Below are positions 52,840 through 64,000 of a stretch of 64,000 bases of DNA, one piece after another. The stretch covers positions 54,622,001 through 54,686,000 of the forward strand of contig NC_043004.1 of the NCBI RefSeq assembly GCF_006345805.1. Reading direction: 5' to 3'. The translations under genes and the position numbers were made by a program. Source of the stretch: Octopus sinensis. Its lineage: Eukaryota. The notes under the pieces were generated by a model that was not told the origin of the DNA, did no database searches, and was given only the letters and a program-made list of their open reading frames with translations. How positions within the stretch are numbered: position 1 is the stretch's first letter; every line of letters begins with the position of its first letter.

Positions 52840-54222
52840 ATATATCGACCGGTTTCGCTATCGCTATTCATGGTATTATGTTTTACTTATTTGAATATAT
52901 ATTTTCTTACGAAGAAATTTTGTCCATGTTGTGTGTGATGATATTTACGAATGAATGACTTCACAAGTAGAAAAATAATGGGAGGTAATTGTTTATCCTT
53001 ATTATTGTTATTGTTGTGGGTAAGGGAGATAACTCTTCAGCTTTCGGTAATAGGAGGGTAATATATATGTACAGACAAAAAAGGTTTCGAAATACTTGTT
53101 TAGTGGGGGGATTTATGTACAGTGATATAATCGTGAATTGAAATATGTAAAAAGATAAAAGTTGGTTATGCGTGCATATTAAGACGTGTTCTGTACTTTT
53201 CAATGAAAAATGTTTCATTATTTAAACGTTCTTGTGGAGTGATTGTGTCTTTGCACTGGTAGAATGGGAAGACTGTGAAATTTGGTTTGATGTTATCTGC
53301 ACATTTTTCTATATGTTCACTGAGAGGAATTTGCCTGTATTGCAGAAAACGGATTTGCTCTTTATGTAGAGTGGTTCTCTTTCTCAAGGTCAAACTCGTC
53401 TGCCCAATATCGTTGTGTCCGTAGCCCGAGCAGGTCATTACACAAATTAGGTTATCAGAGGCACAAGTGAAACTAGTTTTAATTGTGAATCTTTGTCCTT
53501 GTTTGAAAAGGCAATCCGAGCCTTCAAGCAGGTTGGGGCAGGTTCCACAGTTTGGGCGTCCACATTTTTCAATCGTTGGTTTCGTGGTTGTTTTTTAACG
53601 CTTCGCATTTGTTAGTGTCGTTAGCGATTTGTTTTACTTTTTACATTTGATGAGTTTGTGTGTTTTCAGGATGTTCAATTTTGGATCTCTAGTTAGTAAA
53701 GGAAGATTTTGCACAATAGTGTTGAATGCCTCACTGTTTCTGTGGTTGTGTGGTGTTACGTTTTGTAGTTCTTAGTGTTTTTTTGTCTAATTGTTTGGCA
53801 CGTTTAATTCCCTCGTTGATAAGTGAGGGTGGATATTGTCTTTCAATAAGCGTTGTTTTGAGGTCTTGAAGACGAAGGACCCTAGTTGTTCTTTCAGACA
53901 CTATTGTGCAAATCCTTTTTGCCAAATTGAAAGGGATATTTATTTTGATGTGTGTCGGGTGACATGAGTTAAAGAGGAGATATTGTTTTGAATCGGTTGG
54001 TTTATAATAGACGTCAGCTAAGATTTGATTGTTGACGTTTTTATCATGCTGTCTAAATTGGAAGTTGTTCTTTGTTATATTCCATTGTGAATTTTACATC
54101 TGCATATGAGAAAATTAGAAAAAATACCTGGATGACTGTTTTATCATTTGGAAGTAGAACATCGACAAAATTTTGGATTTCAAATCAACACTAAATGATA
54201 TAAATAGTAACATTCAATTCAC
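52840..54222 (-). mobile_element. PLE, 5'-truncated (RT C-terminus + GIY-YIG) with an inverted 5' segment
   Basis: Minus strand: KFTMEYNKEQ, DVYYKPTDSKQYLLFNSCHP, CGRPNCGTC, TCASDNL...IGQTSLTLRKR. Plus strand 54122-54222: KYLDDCFIIW...[11 protein letters not shown]. Confidence 0.85.
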
Positions 54223-54392
54223 GCGCGCGCGCACACACACACACACTTGCACACACACACACGCACACATACACGCATGCACACACATGCACATACACAC
54301 ACACACAGAAACACGCACACAAACACGCACGCACGCGAACGCACACACATACCCGCGCGCACACGCACACACAAACGTATATATGCTATATA

Positions 54393-55440
54393 AACGAAGT
54401 GCGTTCAAAATGTATCCAACTTTATTTTTCTCCGCCAAAACTAAAGGCGCGCGAGCAAAAATCTTTTGGGTTGGAGGTGACGCCACTCTTCCTGCAGGAA
54501 AACGTTTGCACCGAGAGGCTGCGTCATTTCCTGATTGGGAAACCTGGAGTATAGGCGTGTAGTGTGCACGCGGCAGATTTTCATTTTCACGCAAGATGAC
54601 CGAACACAAAGAGCATCGACCGTAAACTCATGTCTTATCACCAATAATGACGGTCTAGGAGGCGCAATGGCCTAGTGGTTAGGGCAGCGGACTCGCGGTC
54701 ATAGGATCGCGGTTTCGATTCCCAGACCGGGCGTTGTGAGTGTTTATTGAGCGAAAACACTTAAAGCTCCACGAGGCTCCGGCAGGGATGGTGGTGATCC
54801 CTGCTGCACTCTTTCACCACAACTTTCTTTCACTCTTACTTCCTGTTTCTGTTGTACCTGTATTTCAAAGGGCCGGCCTTGTCACTCTCTGTGTCACGCT
54901 GAATATCCCCGAGAACTACGTTAAGGGTACACGTGTATGTGGAGTGCTCAGCCACTTACACGTTAATTTCACGAGCAGGCTGTTCCGTTGATTCGGATCA
55001 ACCGGAACCCTCGTCGTCGTAACCGACGGAGTGCTTCCAATGATGGTCTGTATGAAGGCTTGATCGTGGTTTGCGCTGTCCAGCATGTCTTGGGCGATTT
55101 CCATAAAGAGTTGCTTCTGCTGCTCCAGCAGCACCTTAGTTGTGAATTTCACGGGCACTCTCCGCATGCACAAATAATCCGTTTAAATGGAATGCACTGA
55201 TCCTGTGCTTCTTTCCTGAACTGTTACACAACAGTCTTAAATGACTATTCGTCGAACCTTCTCAATCGGCTCTTCGTTTCGGCTGTTGAATGACTCTCCA
55301 CTGCGATGCAACCATGTTTGAAGTGGTTGTACCACCCACTCCTTCGGTACTCTAAGCGTAACAACTGGGAACAGACGAAGCGTCTATGTGCAAAAATGTT
55401 CACGCATACACAGCAAAGGTGGCGTCTCCTCACATTCAAA
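54393..55440 (-). mobile_element. Rearranged mariner remnant interrupted by a SINE
   Basis: Minus strand WYNHFKHG, KFTTKVLLEQQKQLFMEIAQDMLD...TII|[SINE]|IGDKT*VYG; 54393-54620 on the plus strand looks like a TIR-bearing 5' end ending MTEHKEHR. Confidence 0.55.
54657..55038 (+). mobile_element. Young tRNA-derived SINE (44107 family) with an ~11-bp TSD
   Basis: AATGACGGTCT (54646-54656) / AATGATGGTCT (55039-55049). Confidence 0.85.
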
Positions 55441-55506
55441 GTATGCTGGCCTGTGATCCACCTATGTCACTGCTGGTGATATTAAACAATTTTAAAATTT
55501 AGCCAC

Positions 55507-55672
55507 AGGCGCAGGAGTGGCTGTGTGGTAAGTAGCTTGCTAACCAACCACATGGTTCAGGGTTCAGTCCCACTGCGTGGCATCTTGGGCAAGTGTCTTC
55601 TGCTATAGCCCCGGGCCGACCAATGCCTTGTGAGTGGATTTGGTAGAGGGAAACTGAAAGAAGCCTGTCGTA

Positions 55673-55765
<93 letters not shown>

Positions 55766-55980
55766 GTGTCTGTGTTTGTACCCCCAGCATTGCTTGACAA
55801 CCGATGCTGGTGTGTTTACATCCCCGTCACTTAGCGGTTCGGCAAAAGAGACCGATAGAATAAGTACTGGGCTTACAAAGAATAAGTCCCGGGGTCGATT
55901 TGCTCGACTAAAGGCGGTGCTCCAGCATGGCCGCAGTCAAATGACTGAAACAAGTAAAAGAGTAAAGAGAGAGTAAAAGA
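55507..55980 (+). mobile_element. Full-length tRNA-derived SINE with central TA/TG microsatellite
   Basis: TGGCTGTGTGG A box, GGTTCAGTCC B box; further fragments at 10725-10795, 40680-40840, 41300-41720, 48600-48765 and 58930-59000. Confidence 0.85.
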
Positions 55981-56133
55981 GATATGGACAGTAGTGAGAT
56001 CTGCTTTCAAATCTCTGTTTGAATGTTTTGCTTATATATACACACATACACACACGTATACGTACTACATACATACATACATACATACATACGTACATAC
56101 ATACATACATACATACATACATACATACATACA

Positions 56134-56165
<32 letters not shown>

Positions 56166-56365
56166 GAACAAATAGTGAGGGATTATCAATCCGGGCAAAA
56201 TCCTTCATATGCTCACCAGACTGACAATATTAGTTATATTATTGAAGCAATTTTTTATTAGGGCTCCAAGTTATGGTTCATCACAATTCAACATTGTAAA
56301 TCTGTGGATGGGCTCCAAATCAACTGGTTTTTACAGTGATATATAAGAAACATCTTTAAAATGAT

Positions 56366-56640
56366 GGTCCTTACATATAATTCTTTTATTAGAGCAAATT
56401 TGGCTTACAACTGTTTCCAGTAGTCGTTATAGGCACACTACTGACAGGTTTACTGAATAGGTATATTAATCAAATTAAAGTAAATTGAACGACCTAAGAA
56501 AATTGATGCTACTTTCGTCAGAGCCATTTCTGGAAATAGCAGCAGGAATGGCTATTTTGCGGGGAATAATGTTCTTATAACGACTACTGGAAACAGCTGT
56601 AAGACAAATTTGCCCCATAAAGGAATTATATGCAATGACC
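56366..56640. repeat. MITE-like imperfect inverted repeat (~65-bp arms)
   Basis: 56366-56431 vs 56576-56640, including CTGTTTCCAGTAGTCGTTATA / TATAACGACTACTGGAAACAG. Confidence 0.7.
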
Positions 56641-56676
56641 GTTATATTTTATGTACACAAACACACACACACACAT

Positions 56677-56842
56677 ATTTCTTCTCTCCTTTTTTGTCTC
56701 CTTGTTTTCTGTGTCCCTTTCTGTAGAAGAGCGTAGGCTCGAAACGTAAAAGACTTTTTCTATACATGAGCGATATACTAATACATCTGTTTGTTTTGTA
56801 CACCACCTGTCTTCGTCCTCTGTTGTTTTTTACGTAAACTCT

Positions 56843-56845
<3 letters not shown>
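56677..56845 (+). mobile_element. Short repeat family D
   Basis: Matches the 52229 and 13026 copies; followed by (TA)n(GA)n. Confidence 0.75.
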
Positions 56846-56937
<92 letters not shown>

Positions 56938-57316
56938 GACAGAGAACAAAGGACCCTTTGGGTCAAGAGAGGTCAAAACCAGTTGATACTGGGAGCGCTG
57001 GCTCGAAAAGCAATTCAACTTGTATTTGCAATTAATGGTAGGAAAATAATAATAATATATATATACACATACATACATATGCATATGTATACACACACAC
57101 ACATATTATCTGATATTCACATCGATGATTTTTTTAAATTTCTGAGTTCAATTGTGTTGTTGCAATAAAAGTTGTAAAAGTTGTGTTTACATGTTTGGGT
57201 AATATATTTAAGTTTTTAAGTATATACGTGTATATATTAGCAGGTGCTTACTTCCATAATTTTTCTTTTATCGTGCATTAGTTGCACATATGTATATGTG
57301 TGTATGTGTGTGTACA

Positions 57317-57421
<105 letters not shown>

Positions 57422-57985
57422 TGTGTGTGTGGTGTGTGTGTATGTGTGTGTGCGTGTACATGTACATGTACACAAATATAATTAAAGGATAAAATCATTA
57501 AAACTTTTATCACCGGCCAGCATATAAAATAGACCTATTATGGTAAATTCATATACATATATTTATAGTAGTATAATATAGAATCATAATTAAGGGCACA
57601 GAGATTTCTGTGCCTATATGCTGAACATAGATGCTAAATCCGTCCAACCACTCTAAATCATCACTTTATAATTTACACATGTTGAAATCGAGGAAGTAGA
57701 CTGACAGAAATTTATAAAATAATTCAGATAGTTTTGGATTTACCAATTTCTGGATTAGTTTGATAATTTTTCCTTCATCAGCAAAACATATACATATACA
57801 TATACCTATACATAGGTATTTGCATATGTATATGTATACATAAAAAAGGTAAAAGTTTTTTTTATTTTTTCATTCCCTATGAAATTGCTTAAATTTTGTG
57901 GTTTTCGGTCGTTTTGATTGTCTTCTAGCGTGTAGGATTTGCCTGTTATAGGTAATTTCTGTGGTGTTTAAACGTACACTATTTG

Positions 57986-58024
<39 letters not shown>

Positions 58025-58043
58025 ATTATATATATATATATAT

Positions 58044-58500
58044 AAAGAAAAACAGGATGCAAAGGATTTAGCGGTACAAATGTTTCTGGCTTTATTGGAC
58101 AGTTTATATCAATGCATAATTGATGTAACATGTATGTCAATAGCCTTCTTCAGCCGCGCATAGTTGCCACACCAAAGACATGTATTACATTATAGCAGGT
58201 TTGAGAAGTTTGGGAAAAGACGGGTTTCGTTGGGGATGCAAATCCTCATAGTCGTATACAGCAGAGCGAGACACCAAAACAAAACGTCCATACCGTTTTT
58301 CACTCGATATAGAATGAGTAGGTTGGATGTTGAGATAAAGAGGGAAGGAGTGGAAGGGGATGAATCTTTAATGAATTTGGGATCACAAAGAGAAAAAATC
58401 GTGTGCGGCTGAAGAAGGCTATTGACATACATGTTACATCAATTATGCATTGATACAAACTGTCAAATAAAGCCAGATCCTTTGCATCCTGTTTTTCTTT
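58044..58500. repeat. Inverted-repeat element (~95-113-bp arms, ~250-bp spacer)
   Basis: 58044-58157 vs 58405-58500 are reverse complements, with an indel; (TA)n on the left. Confidence 0.8.
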
Positions 58501-58575
58501 TGATAAATATACCCTATCACCTACACCACAACTGGCATATACAGGTGCTTACAGTTACCCTGAATTTTTTGTACC

Positions 58576-58606
<31 letters not shown>

Positions 58607-59518
58607 ATAGATAGACACAGGCACACAGAGCGAGTGATTAATGATCGATACGTGATGACCTGATGGATCTCCGTGAGTTTCGACGATGAGTATCCAGTTG
58701 TTCTGTCAACTGAAATACCTTCTCATTGAATTAGCATCTAGTGGCTGAGTATTCCGTTGGCCCGGGTATCCTTAGCGTATTTCTCTGGCAGAATCTGTGT
58801 AACACGGTGTATATGTGTGGCAAGACTATGCTTTTTGAGAACAATTATAAACTACCCGATGGTTATCAGTACAATTTTAGTTTTTCTCACAGGGTATGGG
58901 TGATATGGGTCGATCCGAGGCCTGGAAAGTTGTATTTACTCAAGATGCCACGCAGTGATATTGAACCCAAGCTCTAGCCACTACGCAGCGAACTTCTTAA
59001 CTTTTGTACCATACAAACAAAATGCATAAGTGTACCTAAGTGTATGCATGTCTTGTATGCATGCATGTCTATAAATATGTGTGTGTGTGTGTGTACGCGT
59101 GTTTGTGCACGCGTGTGCGTGTATGTATACATTTATATGCTTGTATGTATGAATTTGGTGCTCTTCTGTTATTCTCGCGTGTGAAGACGCGTGAACATTG
59201 GCTAAAACTATCATTAATACAGATATACACAGAAAAATATCCATGTGCATGCACATACGCACACGCACACACACACACATACACACACACACACACATTC
59301 GCTAACAGATACCACACTAGTACCACTCCACGCACCACACAGCCACTACTAAACCGATACCAGCACACTGAGACACGTTCCACAGACACGCCAGACACCA
59401 CCAGACAGCCAAATCAGATTATGGAGAAGAAAGCCTTTGATGCCAATATGATAAGCTAATATTCAATACATGGCGTCTCTATCTTAAATCTTTTCATTTG
59501 TTGAAACTGCTAATAAAC

Positions 59519-59532
59519 GCGCCATCTGGTGG
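59519..59532 (-). promoter_or_regulatory. CTCF-like motif
   Basis: CCACCAGATGGCGC matches the CTCF core consensus; motif only, binding unknown. Confidence 0.3.
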
Positions 59533-60330
59533 AAGAGATAGTGTTTGCACCTAAGGGAGAGCAAACTATATATTTCTTCTTTTATTACTGATTTATTTTT
59601 ATCATCAATTATTTTATTTGATATTATAACAACGTATAAATACCGCCTCAGAAAAATTCAGATGAAAGAAAAATAATAACTAAACAAAACTTCCTCTAAG
59701 GTTTCATCTGTGATGTTGTTTAGCGAGATAGAGAGATGGCAGGAGGGGAGGAATATTAAGATCGTATGATTGAGAAGATAGGAGAACGTCATGGGTAATT
59801 TTATTTTATTTTGTAAAGCTGGTTGTGAGAATGGATGAAATCATGCCAGGTTAACTAAAATGACCGATTATCTTAGTTATAGTTATAGTTCTATATCTTA
59901 TAACTAGTGCCCAGCCATCAATCATATACAGGTGTGTGTGTGTGAGAGAGAGAGAGCGAGATTTTACTTTACTTTTAGCCTAACTTGAAAACAGAGGGAC
60001 ACATAAGATTATATTTTAGTTCTAGATATGCAACACCTGAGAGAAGAAATGGATGGTAAGGTAAAAGTTGAAATACATTTTATAGTCATAAGTGTAGTAT
60101 GTAAAATGGTTGGTAAATGTAGATGTAGCTGAAAATACAGGCAATAAGTAATCTCAGCCTAGGAAACTGTATATAGATACTATGTGAAGCTTCAGCTGCG
60201 GGTCAGTAAATATCTAGTAAATATATTTTGAGATGTAGGAGACGTTCAAACTATAAGCAAGTACCACGAAGAAGTATTACTTTGCCATATATAAGTTGTC
60301 GCTGTTGTTGTTGTTGTTGTTGTTGTTGTT

Positions 60331-60362
<32 letters not shown>

Positions 60363-60479
60363 TGTTGTTGTTGTTTACTCCTAGGTCAGCCCTGACTGAA
60401 CAGACTTATAGCCATCAGATATATTCCAACCATGAATATGTCACCAATTCCGGCTCACAAGCATCGCATATCTAGAACT

Positions 60480-60960
60480 GTATAATCTAATGTGTCCTTT
60501 TTTTCAAGTTAGGATAAAATCCAGGTTCTAAGATATATTTCAATATTTCTTGTAGAAATTCCATCTGCATGTATTATTGTATTGCATTCCAATAGGTTCC
60601 ATTTGAATAATTTCTGATGCGGTGTCCTAATCCACAAACCAAAATCACTCACTTTAAACGGCACAAAAAGCCAGTTCTTAAACACATAACACAACCACAA
60701 AAATATAATAGTCTGTAGGTTTGGTCTTCTTTTATTCCACCAGTTGGTGTTCCGGCAGTCGCAGTTTAGTTTCGATTCTTCAAATGTCATGTATAATGTG
60801 TTATTTTTCCATTCTCGTTGTTTTAAAAGAAATGTTAAATCCAATAGAAACTCTATGAGTAAAATCCCTTTCCGTTCGGGAAAGTCTGCAGCATTCATAT
60901 TTTCATTCTCAGAGAATGTCTTTATTTTTTTCCGTAGTACATATATTGTTGCTGACATAA
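60480..60960 (-). pseudogene. Possible hAT (Charlie/SPIN-like) transposase remnant
   Basis: Fragments such as IEFLLDLT...L and DTASEIIQMEPIGMQYN resemble hAT C-terminal motifs; frameshifted. Confidence 0.4.
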
Positions 60961-61459
60961 CTAATCGAATGAATCAGTGGAATTCGTACATGAGGAGTAT
61001 GTCCTCGTATTGATTCTCCGACAAAAGTTGTCAAAACCAACGATAGATCAATCAACGAGACAAGATCATATTTACTGTTGGCAGTATTCTTAGCACGCCA
61101 GACAAAATGCTTAGCGGAATTTCATTTGTCTTTACATTCTGAGTTCAAATTCCGCTGAGATCGACTTTGCCTTTCCATACTTTCGAGACTAATAAAATAA
61201 GTACCAGTTGAGCGCTGGGGTCGATGTAATTGACTAGCCAACTCCCATTAATATTTTTGGCCACGTGTATATAATAGAAAGAATTATTATATCCACCATA
61301 TCCTTCAAGGTTGATATCTTAGCACGCAATGTTTCCTCGGGGATTATGCAATGCACTTTTGTGATATTGGGTTTAATTCTGAGACCTTCCATGTATCTTT
61401 GAAACAGAACCACAACAGCTTATTTTTTACGACCATTTCTAGTGTTGTTATTGTTTGTT

Positions 61460-61765
61460 CCTTCTCGAGCCATGCATAAGGGCCGGTTTCCCGGTTTCCC
61501 GGTTTCCCGGTTTCCTTGGCGTATAGGTCCCCACACCTGAATGGGAAGCCGGTCCGTCGCAGGTGAGCTGCAAGATGCAGGAGGAAAGGGTGAGAGAAAG
61601 TTGTGGCGAAAGAGTCAGCAGAAGTTCACCATTACCTTCTGCCGGAGCCACGTGGAGCTTAGGTGTTTCGCTCATAAACACACACATCGCCTGGTCTGAG
61701 ATTCGAACCCGCCATCCCTCTAATACGAGTCCGCTGCTCTAATCACTAGGCCATGTGCCTCCACC
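61460..61765 (-). mobile_element. tRNA-derived SINE sharing its head with the 44107 family but with a different tail
   Basis: GGAGGCACATGGCCTAGTG...GGGTTCGAATCTCAGACC...GAGCGAAACACCTAAGCTCCACG; tail with (GAAACCGG)4. Confidence 0.75.
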
Positions 61766-62940
61766 ATTTTTGGTGCATTGTCGGTTATTAACGGTTATTA
61801 TTGTCGGTTATTATTTCAATAGGTTCAATTATTGTCGGTTATTATTTCAATAGGTCCTGATGCATGCCTGCAGTACATTGCTGCAGCACTTTAGAAATAT
61901 CTATTCCTGTATAAGCACTTGAATATGTATCAGCTGGATAAACTCCTCAAAATTATAAATTTAGACATTTTGCGTAAACCTCCTGTAACTAGCAGAGCAA
62001 CTGACATTTGAAAACAAATGTCGCTATAGACCTTCAATGACAACGTAGACCATTAGACAAAATTTTCACGAAATACCCGTTAGTGAAGATCATTTAAGTT
62101 TTCTACCATCAATTTTTAAACAGTGTTAGAGACAAATGTATGTTTTTATTACTTTAGCTTTTGGTTTTGATGTATCGAATTTTGTTTTACTAGGCTCTGT
62201 TTCAGTTTAGGAAATTCATCCTTCCTGTTTTGCTAATTAAATTCATTAAATTATGAATGATTTTGCCTCATGGAATCACTTCCTGTTGAACATTACAGCA
62301 ATTACAGAAATGCTTCATTACATTAATTACATTACGGCAATGCTTTCAAGACAAATTGGACCGGTAGGATTTATCAAAAGATTGAGTAAAACGTACCTTT
62401 TGTTCACATAACTCATAAAATGTACAATTTTTGTCCTAAAAAGTTCCGTCTTCGGTGTCCTTCTTCCTCCTACCTTTTGTTGACATTGAGCTTTCTGAGA
62501 AAAAGAAATTCAAAAGTAGAAATACTTTTTGACAGAAAATTATTTTGTATCTACCTGTTCACATTGCTTCAAGTAATGTATTTGTTCAGATTTTGACAAC
62601 GCTAAAGTATTTGCGCAATATTTGTAAAAAAAAAAAAAAGGAATTCTATTGCAATATGTAACCTTTATTTATCTTCAGTTGTGTTTTTAGTGATAGCAGG
62701 CGATATGAATCTATGACAGAATGTTCTCCAGTTTCACAAAATACTGAAAATAGAAACATATTACGAAAGGTTAAAAGTATTGTTAAAAGTAATATAAAAT
62801 TGGTAATTGGTTAGTTATTAAAACTTTCATTTCTTTTTAAATATGTTGAATATTCGTTTTAGCTTAAACATTTAGATAAAACTATTTAAAAGCTCGATGT
62901 TTTGAAAGTCACTTTCATAACTAGTATGTGTATATGTAAT

Positions 62941-63006
<66 letters not shown>

Positions 63007-63264
63007 CATATAATTATTTGAGAGAATATTATTCCTAACTTACAGGGAAAAATTCAATTTAGAAATACTAAATCAAATTTCACAAAATATAATATATATA
63101 TAAAAAAATTAGAAAAAAACACCTTTTATCAATTCAAAATGAACAATTAAATTACACCATCTAGAAAATTACATATAATAGAAATATTAAAATTAAAATA
63201 ACAATAATATACCGATGATTAAGCAAATTCAAAATAATAATAATATATATATATATATATATAA

Positions 63265-63317
<53 letters not shown>

Positions 63318-63668
63318 GCACATATACATATATATATATATGAGTGTGTGTATATATATATATATATATTATGTTGCATGTTTCAAGCTAGACAGCACGT
63401 CTGAACTGGCTGAACTGGTTTGATGCGATTGATTGACTCAAAAATTAAGTGGTTTCTCTTAAGTTAATGATATAAATCTGACTTGTACAGTGCAGAATAT
63501 TGAAATATTGATTAAATTTTATGGCGAACTAGATTAATAGTATATTATCATAAGAGAGTCCATTAAACTGGTAATAGTAAATGTACATAGGTGATAGTGA
63601 AATATTTTAATATTGCAATTACTAGTTAGCAAAATATCGAACCAGAAATTAACCAGAATTTTTTCCAG

Positions 63669-63802
63669 ACACCGGTGGTCGTGTAGATATTACAAGTTTC
63701 TTTGGGGACGGCAGACTTGGTTCTGCCGGGGGCTACAGATTACCAACTGAAGATAAAGCTGCTTTTACTAGGATTAATAAAACTAGATGGGGAGAACATT
63801 AG
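63669..63802 (+). CDS. Putative terminal coding exon of an unidentified gene
   Basis: TTTTTTCCAG acceptor, then open frame TGGRVDITSFFGDGRLGSAGGYRLPTEDKAAFTRINKTRWGEH*; GC-richer than its flanks; no family recognised. Confidence 0.3.
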
Positions 63803-64000
63803 CAAAGAGTACAACTATACTATATATAATGCCCTACATAAATTGACGATTAATGTTAACCATAAAACCTTTATATATAGGACTGCATGTGCAGAGAAAG
63901 TATAAATTCCGATTGTATGTACACGACATAAACACAGTAAACATATGACTGATGGCGTAGTTAAATCTAAAGATGATAAAGTCAGGAGGATGAAGTCTAA

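Noticed and set aside
57595-57614. GC-rich hairpin resembling a Helitron 3' end
   Set aside because: There is no CTRR terminus at the expected distance and no matching 5' TC end.

Overview
Eukaryotic, AT-rich, microsatellite-dense DNA. The SINE families resemble those I recall from octopus, so a cephalopod origin is inferred, not proven. No host gene can be confidently assembled, and most short ORFs in the track are microsatellite or antisense artefacts. The window is dominated by retroelements. (1) A Tx1/L1-clade LINE family occurs as 8 minus-strand pieces: one with an intact 1145-aa EN-RT-zinc-finger ORF2, one full-length but decayed, and several 5'-truncated stubs down to 45 bp. All 7 intact 3' ends and 6 of 8 5' ends abut (AGAT)n, which suggests microsatellite targeting. 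(2) Penelope-like element (PLE) remnants and short PLE-like non-autonomous repeats occur in at least four sequence families carrying type I hammerhead ribozyme folds. One family has a compensatory U3-A8 core pair in all three copies. (3) The rest comprises an R4/Dong-like 3' end in (AAT)n, an orphan Tx1-type ORF1 joined to a PLE tail, a full-length mariner, CR1/L2, RTE and hAT remnants, foldback elements and many tRNA-derived SINEs. All alignments and folds were done by eye; boundaries of decayed elements are approximate.
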